IMG/VR virus record: IMGVR_UViG_3300018048_001965
Length of the DNA stretch: 20,000 bases
Origin: an uncultured virus (IMG/VR IMGVR_UViG_3300018048_001965)
Lineage: Duplodnaviria > Heunggongvirae > Uroviricota > Caudoviricetes
Strand: one strand, 5' to 3'
This document shows, one piece after another, positions 16,052 through 20,000 of the stretch. Positions within the stretch are counted from its first letter, which is position 1. Each line of letters starts with the position of its first letter. Under the pieces are notes generated by a model. That model ran no database searches, was not told the DNA's origin, and saw nothing but the letters and a program-made list of their open reading frames with translations. A program made the position numbers and the translations under genes.

Positions 16052-17509
16052 TTAGTGGAAGTCTTGCCAAGCAGTTCCGTCCCACCCTTTAAACTTTTTA
16101 GTAGTAGAATCAAATACCATTGTGCCTTCTTCAGGAGTTGCTGGTTCTGCTCCGGTTGCATACCCTTTTAGTTTCATATAGCTAACACTAGTTTTACCAT
16201 CTACATCAAGTTGTAACCAATCACCATTTGGTTGACCATTATTTATACCTATAACAACACTTGCATCAGGTACTGATCCTTGAGATAATGAAGTATCGTT
16301 TACTAAAGCACTTATATATGCCGAGCTTTGATAAACAGCTCCATCATACGCTTTAAAGTTTAATGTTCCGATTAAATCTTGATCAGCATTTGCAGTTGGT
16401 GCACTGTGCGTTCCGTTTTGTGATTGAAGAGTTATTGCAGGTCCAGCACCAGTAGAAAAGTTTCCTGATGTAGCAGTAATTTTAAAATCGCCGCCTGTTC
16501 CATCACCTAAAATACTTATTTCAGCAGTATCTGTAGCGTTTCCTATTATTAATAATCCGTCATTATCATTGGTCATTTTTATATCACCGATTGATACAAC
16601 ATCTGAACCCGAAGTTACAGATAAAGTACCAGCTGATACGTTACCTGAAATATTACCTGTAACATTACCAGTTAGATCACCTGTGAACACTGCCGGGATG
16701 CTTGTTCCATCTATAATAGTAACACCGTCTGTTGATCTTAAAACGTTGCCTCTAAATGATCCGTCAGTACCGTCTGACCCGTTTGCAACAATTACTTGCC
16801 CGCCTGTTGCATTTACACTCCCAACTAGGTTGCCTCCAACATTACCTGTAACATTACCTGTTAAATTACCAGCAAAGTTACTAGATGCTGATATCACTGT
16901 TCCTGTGATTGCTGCTGGAGATGCTCCACCGATAACACCGTTAAATGTTCCAGTATGATTACCATCTGCATCACCTGTTAAATTGCCTATAACGTTTATA
17001 GTTGCTGTGCCGTTTAATACTGCTGCTGGAATTAAATTCCTTACTCCGTCTACAAGTAACGTACTATCATCACCAAATATAGAACCGTTTATGTCTAAGT
17101 TTCCAGGAACTTCTGACAATAGTGTTGAAAGATCGGGAGGAGTATAAGTAAACACGCCAGTGAGGTTATTATAAGTTAATGTTGCTGATCCTGGAGATGC
17201 TGTTGTAACACTTAAATCAGTTAGTGCAAGGCCACCGCCACCGCCGCCACTATTGTCATCAACTCCAATTTCCCAACTAGTACCATTATATTTAATAACA
17301 CTACCAGTAACTGCACCTGCTGTATCAACATCAGTAAGTCCGTCTAAAGTTCCACTAAATTCAGCAGTGGTATCAACGGCATTACCGCCTAGTGTTGTTC
17401 CGTCTCCAACGTATAGTTTTTTTGTGTCGGTTGTATATATTGGTTCGCCAGCAGCCGGCGTAACTGTTTGGCGTTCGGCATCTGTACCGCGTCTCAATTT
17501 TAAAGGCAT
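16052..17509 (-). CDS. Phage tail fibre / virion fibre protein with Mtd-like N-terminal domain
   Basis: LKLRRGT..ER....AAGEPIYTTDTKKLYVGDG..GG N-terminus; LDGLTDV; Gly/Thr/Asn-rich GNLTG/GNVTG repeats; C-terminal EGTMVFDSTTKKFKGWDGTAW. SD AGGAGA. Confidence 0.8.
   Translation of the reverse strand: MPLKLRRGTDAERQTVTPAAGEPIYTTDTKKLYVGDGTTLGGNAVDTTAEFSGTLDGLTDVDTAGAVTGSVIKYNGTSWEIGVDDNSGGGGGGLALTDLSVTTASPGSATLTYNNLTGVFTYTPPDLSTLLSEVPGNLDINGSIFGDDSTLLVDGVRNLIPAAVLNGTATINVIGNLTGDADGNHTGTFNGVIGGASPAAITGTVISASSNFAGNLTGNVTGNVGGNLVGSVNATGGQVIVANGSDGTDGSFRGNVLRSTDGVTIIDGTSIPAVFTGDLTGNVTGNISGNVSAGTLSVTSGSDVVSIGDIKMTNDNDGLLIIGNATDTAEISILGDGTGGDFKITATSGNFSTGAGPAITLQSQNGTHSAPTANADQDLIGTLNFKAYDGAVYQSSAYISALVNDTSLSQGSVPDASVVIGINNGQPNGDWLQLDVDGKTSVSYMKLKGYATGAEPATPEEGTMVFDSTTKKFKGWDGTAWQDFH
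16640..16990 (-). repeat. Coding 12-bp-period repeats encoding G-(N/D)-(L/V/I)-(T/S) tetrads in the fibre
   Basis: attacctgtaacattacc is identical at 16652-16669 and 16841-16858. Protein runs GNLTGDADGNHTG, GNLTGNVTGNVGGNLVG and GDLTGNVTGNISGNVS. Confidence 0.75.
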
Positions 17510-17538
17510 TTACATCTCCTAGAATACTTCTATGCTAG

Positions 17539-17544
17539 TATTTA
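17539..17544 (-). promoter_or_regulatory. TAAATA box upstream of the fibre gene (putative late promoter)
   Basis: CATAAATA in the 39-bp gap, upstream of SD AGGAGA (17515-17520) and ATG 17509. Confidence 0.6.
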
Positions 17545-17548
17545 TGCC

Positions 17549-17869
17549 TTATTTGTGTTTTTTGAGGAATGTCTTTGTTCTTTTTTGTATATCTTGCTTA
17601 ACTTTTGGTGTATCAATGCTAAAGTCTATACTTTTGATTACATTATCGTATTGTTTAAAAAAAGAATCAAGTGACTCTTCTAAAGAATTTGTATCTTGGT
17701 ATTTGTGGCGCTCGAGTCGCACATCAATTGTAAATATTTTTCCATTATTAAAAAATACATTAATATTGCTAATGTAATCAATTGGCACAGAGCGTATCTC
17801 AACATCGTTAAATACCTCTGGCCAATGATTAACTATTTCGGGTGGTAACTTTTGTGTTTTGTTAGTCAC
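17549..17869 (-). CDS. Hypothetical phage protein
   Basis: Likely GTG start at 17869 overlapping the upstream stop (MTNKTQKLPPEIVNHWPEVF...). The ORF-track start at 17989 would overlap the neighbour by 128 bp. Confidence 0.7.
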   Translation of the reverse strand: MTNKTQKLPPEIVNHWPEVFNDVEIRSVPIDYISNINVFFNNGKIFTIDVRLERHKYQDTNSLEESLDSFFKQYDNVIKSIDFSIDTPKVKQDIQKRTKTFLKKHK

Positions 17870-18455
17870 TAACTTCTTCAGCTTTTCTTTTCTTTTTAGT
17901 AGGAACGAGATCTTCTGCTTGTTCTCTAAGTTTTTTCGCTTCTTTAAATAATGCATCGGCTTGTGACCGATATGAAGCTGCCAACTCATCGTCAGTTAAT
18001 ACTTCGTTTTGAGTTGTTTTTTCTACTGGTTGTTCAGTGCTAGTTTCGTTCTCTTGAGATTTACTAGTTGGTTTTACAGCTAGTTCTTCAAGAGTAACAC
18101 CTTTCTGTTGAGCAATAAGATTGTTTAGTTCACTGAGTAAAATTGTAGTAGTACGGTTAGGTACTAATTCAACTTCAGTGGTAGGCATCTTCATTAACTT
18201 ACCAGTAGTATGAAACGCGGCTAACATAGGGCGCCCGTCTGGCAGTACTATACGAGACATTACATCTGCCATTTCGTTTGCTTGCTGTCCGGCTTCTGAT
18301 TCGACTGCGTTCATTAGCGTGTCGTGCTCGTCAGAGTTTAAACTCTCTGACGCTACGACTATACAGTTATCGGGCTCACCCGGTACAACTCTATAAGCAA
18401 CTACTACACGTCTTTTGCTTTTAACAAGTCGCCCGACGTGTTTTAAATTACTCAT
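17862..18455 (-). CDS. Hypothetical phage protein with C-terminal helical/coiled-coil region
   Basis: 197-aa ORF abutting neighbours; C-terminal helix LAASYRSQADALFKEAKKLREQAEDL. Confidence 0.75.
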   Translation of the reverse strand: MSNLKHVGRLVKSKRRVVVAYRVVPGEPDNCIVVASESLNSDEHDTLMNAVESEAGQQANEMADVMSRIVLPDGRPMLAAFHTTGKLMKMPTTEVELVPNRTTTILLSELNNLIAQQKGVTLEELAVKPTSKSQENETSTEQPVEKTTQNEVLTDDELAASYRSQADALFKEAKKLREQAEDLVPTKKKRKAEEVSD

Positions 18456-18782
18456 TTATGCACCTGTACCTTCAGCAGCAGCTTGTGCTTGCTGTGATGC
18501 TGCAATCGCTGCTAGAAACTGCTCTAGCTTTGTATATGTAGCACCTACTGTTGTCATTTCGTTTGGACGAAATGCACCACGCTGACTTGCAACGTCAATA
18601 ATTACTTTTAATGCTTGTAGATCTTGTACTGTTAGATCTGCTGGACCACCTGCAGGTGCTTCTGCGGCAGTTGCTGTTGCGTCAGAGGTTTCCGCTGCTG
18701 CGCTTTCCATTTGTTCTTCCATTGTATTAGTTCCTTCTGTTGTTGCATCCAATGTTGTTTCTTTTGTAGTTGTTTTAGCCAT
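18456..18782 (-). CDS. Hypothetical phage protein (acidic Ala/Thr-rich N-terminus, helical C-terminus)
   Basis: Strong SD AAGGAG; structured segment LTVQDLQALKVIIDVASQRGAFRPNEMTTVGATYTKLEQFL. Confidence 0.8.
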   Translation of the reverse strand: MAKTTTKETTLDATTEGTNTMEEQMESAAAETSDATATAAEAPAGGPADLTVQDLQALKVIIDVASQRGAFRPNEMTTVGATYTKLEQFLAAIAASQQAQAAAEGTGA

Positions 18783-18822
18783 ATCGTTGTCTCCTTTATT
18801 AATAGTAATTATCTATAGCTTG

Positions 18823-19107
18823 TTAATTGTATTTTAAATATGGACAGGCTAACATAAAGTAAGATAGTTCTTTTGGATCCTCAAAACCTATGCAGACGTT
18901 TTCAGTTACAGATCTTTCAGCATCTAAACTTATTGATTTACCTAAATAGTATCTACCTTTGCAGTTAGTTTCTATCCATTTTGTTAGTGCATCCTTTAAA
19001 TTGTATGTAAAGTGAATAACACTATAGTCGAAATGCTCTGGCGGAAAATCACACCTTCGCATATCAAATACATTATAGACGTTAGGTTTGTCTAGTATTT
19101 CTGTCAC
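18823..19107 (-). CDS. Hypothetical phage protein
   Basis: 94-aa ORF with a GTG start overlapping the upstream TAG; WIETNCKGRYY...IGFEDPKELSYFML. Confidence 0.7.
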   Translation of the reverse strand: MTEILDKPNVYNVFDMRRCDFPPEHFDYSVIHFTYNLKDALTKWIETNCKGRYYLGKSISLDAERSVTENVCIGFEDPKELSYFMLACPYLKYN

Positions 19108-20000
19108 TAAGCAGCCTCATCATAGTGCAATGTTTGACCGAACGGACCTTCTAAGCCTTTATCGTGGTGACTGTGAACTAAAAAGATTGTATCACAGTAT
19201 TCTGGATCTCCCCAGCTATCCCAAGCATAGCCGTCTGTAAACATAATAAATTTCTTAGGAACGATATCTTCTTCCTTCATATAATGCCAATTGGCCATAA
19301 AGTCAGTTCCACCGCCACCTATAACTTCGTACTCGGATAAGTCTTCACCGTTTTCAGATGTAAAGTCTTGTTCGTTGTAAACTTTAGTATCAAAACACCA
19401 TACTTTAATTTTATAGTCTCTAAACTCTTCCATAATGCCTTTTATTTCACTAAGAAAGTCTTTAGCTTGCTCGTCACCTATAGAACCACTCATATCGATA
19501 CTAACACAAATATCTAAAGATTCTTGAAAATCCATACCTGGAAGTATAGCACCAGTATGCCAACTTTTGCGATTAGGACGTTGGAAAGTAAAATCATCTT
19601 TAATTGTACTTTGTATTTGCTGCCGGATAATTTCACGCCAGTTCATCTTAGGTTCTGTTAGATCTTTAATAATACGTTGTACACCAGCCGGAGTATTACC
19701 TGCGCCTGCAGACTGCGCGGCTGAAATCATATTCTCTTTAATTTCGTCTCTAATCTGCTTTAGTTCTTCTTTAGTGTAACTAGGACGACCTTTACCTTTC
19801 CCCTCACCGCCGCCTTCTTTGTCTTTACCTTCACCTTCGTTGCCGTCACCATCTTCCCAGTCAATATGCTCATCTAGCATTTCGCCTAGTTGCTTTAAAA
19901 AGTCTTCACCGTTCTTTTTAGCTTCTTCGAACAAGTCGTCATAGACTTCTTCTGAAGTCCAGCCTTCATATTTAAAGTCTTGGTAACAGTCTACAATTGA
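19107..20000 (-). CDS. VWA-domain protein (DUF2201 / putative metallopeptidase-VWA type), start lies beyond the window
   Basis: Frame is open to base 20000 (SIVDCYQDFKYEGWTSEEVYDDLFEE...). MIDAS DMSGS, GGGGTDF, FTDG; MNWREII...FQRPNRK; acidic Gly-rich linker. Confidence 0.85.
   Translation of the reverse strand, partial: SIVDCYQDFKYEGWTSEEVYDDLFEEAKKNGEDFLKQLGEMLDEHIDWEDGDGNEGEGKDKEGGGEGKGKGRPSYTKEELKQIRDEIKENMISAAQSAGAGNTPAGVQRIIKDLTEPKMNWREIIRQQIQSTIKDDFTFQRPNRKSWHTGAILPGMDFQESLDICVSIDMSGSIGDEQAKDFLSEIKGIMEEFRDYKIKVWCFDTKVYNEQDFTSENGEDLSEYEVIGGGGTDFMANWHYMKEEDIVPKKFIMFTDGYAWDSWGDPEYCDTIFLVHSHHDKGLEGPFGQTLHYDEAA

Noticed and set aside
16640..16990. Short direct repeats as a CRISPR array or mobile-element ends
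   Set aside because: They have an in-frame 12-bp periodicity explained by the protein repeat, with no spacer structure, cas gene or transposase.
16052..17509. Diversity-generating retroelement suggested by the Mtd-like N-terminus
   Set aside because: No reverse transcriptase, no TR/VR repeat pair differing at adenines, and no C-type lectin-like C-terminus seen.
18456..18782. Ala/Thr/Glu-rich small protein as a RiPP precursor
   Set aside because: No leader/core signature; it has a helical C-terminal domain and lies among hypothetical genes outside the enzyme cluster. No other short precursor ORF fits in the tiny intergenic gaps.
262..19779. Short alternative ORFs in the track (262-522, 2401-2583, 2654-2866, 5146-5361, 6146-6340, 6154-6372, 6759-7001, 10144-10431, 11255-11452, 15943-16161, 16569-16958, 17253-17522, 17532-17777, 19567-19779)
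   Set aside because: They lie antisense to or within well-supported genes, with no recognisable motifs; most likely shadow ORFs.
1..20000. Stop-codon reassignment or selenocysteine read-through
   Set aside because: Standard code 11 gives full-length, tightly packed genes, and TAA, TAG and TGA all serve as stops at coupled junctions.
1..20000. tRNA, rRNA or structured ncRNA genes
   Set aside because: Intergenic gaps are all under about 45 bp and no such signatures were seen.

Overview
Densely coded, AT-rich window with about 26 genes, almost no intergenic DNA and frequent strand switches. It most likely comes from a large tailed phage (Caudoviricetes): there is a tail-fibre-like gene with an Mtd-like N-terminus, a VWA/MIDAS protein, and T4 late-promoter-like TAAATA boxes at transcription-unit starts. 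Bases 1-16050 form a continuous cluster of tailoring enzymes: six radical SAM proteins (two with an N-terminal twitch/SPASM-like Cys domain, three with C-terminal Cys domains, one cobalamin-dependent class B type), seven complete plus one probable HxD...H Fe(II)/2OG-type oxygenases, a nitroreductase, a QueC-like PP-loop ATPase, a kinase-fold protein with degenerate catalytic residues, and a GNAT-like / desaturase / sulfotransferase operon. No scaffold synthase or precursor peptide is visible. The cluster abuts a tail fibre with G-N-(L/V/I)-T repeats, followed by small hypothetical genes and a partial VWA gene. The substrate cannot be determined from sequence; virion-protein, surface/lipid or nucleic-acid modification are hypotheses. 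All family calls come from reading motifs by eye, not from database searches.
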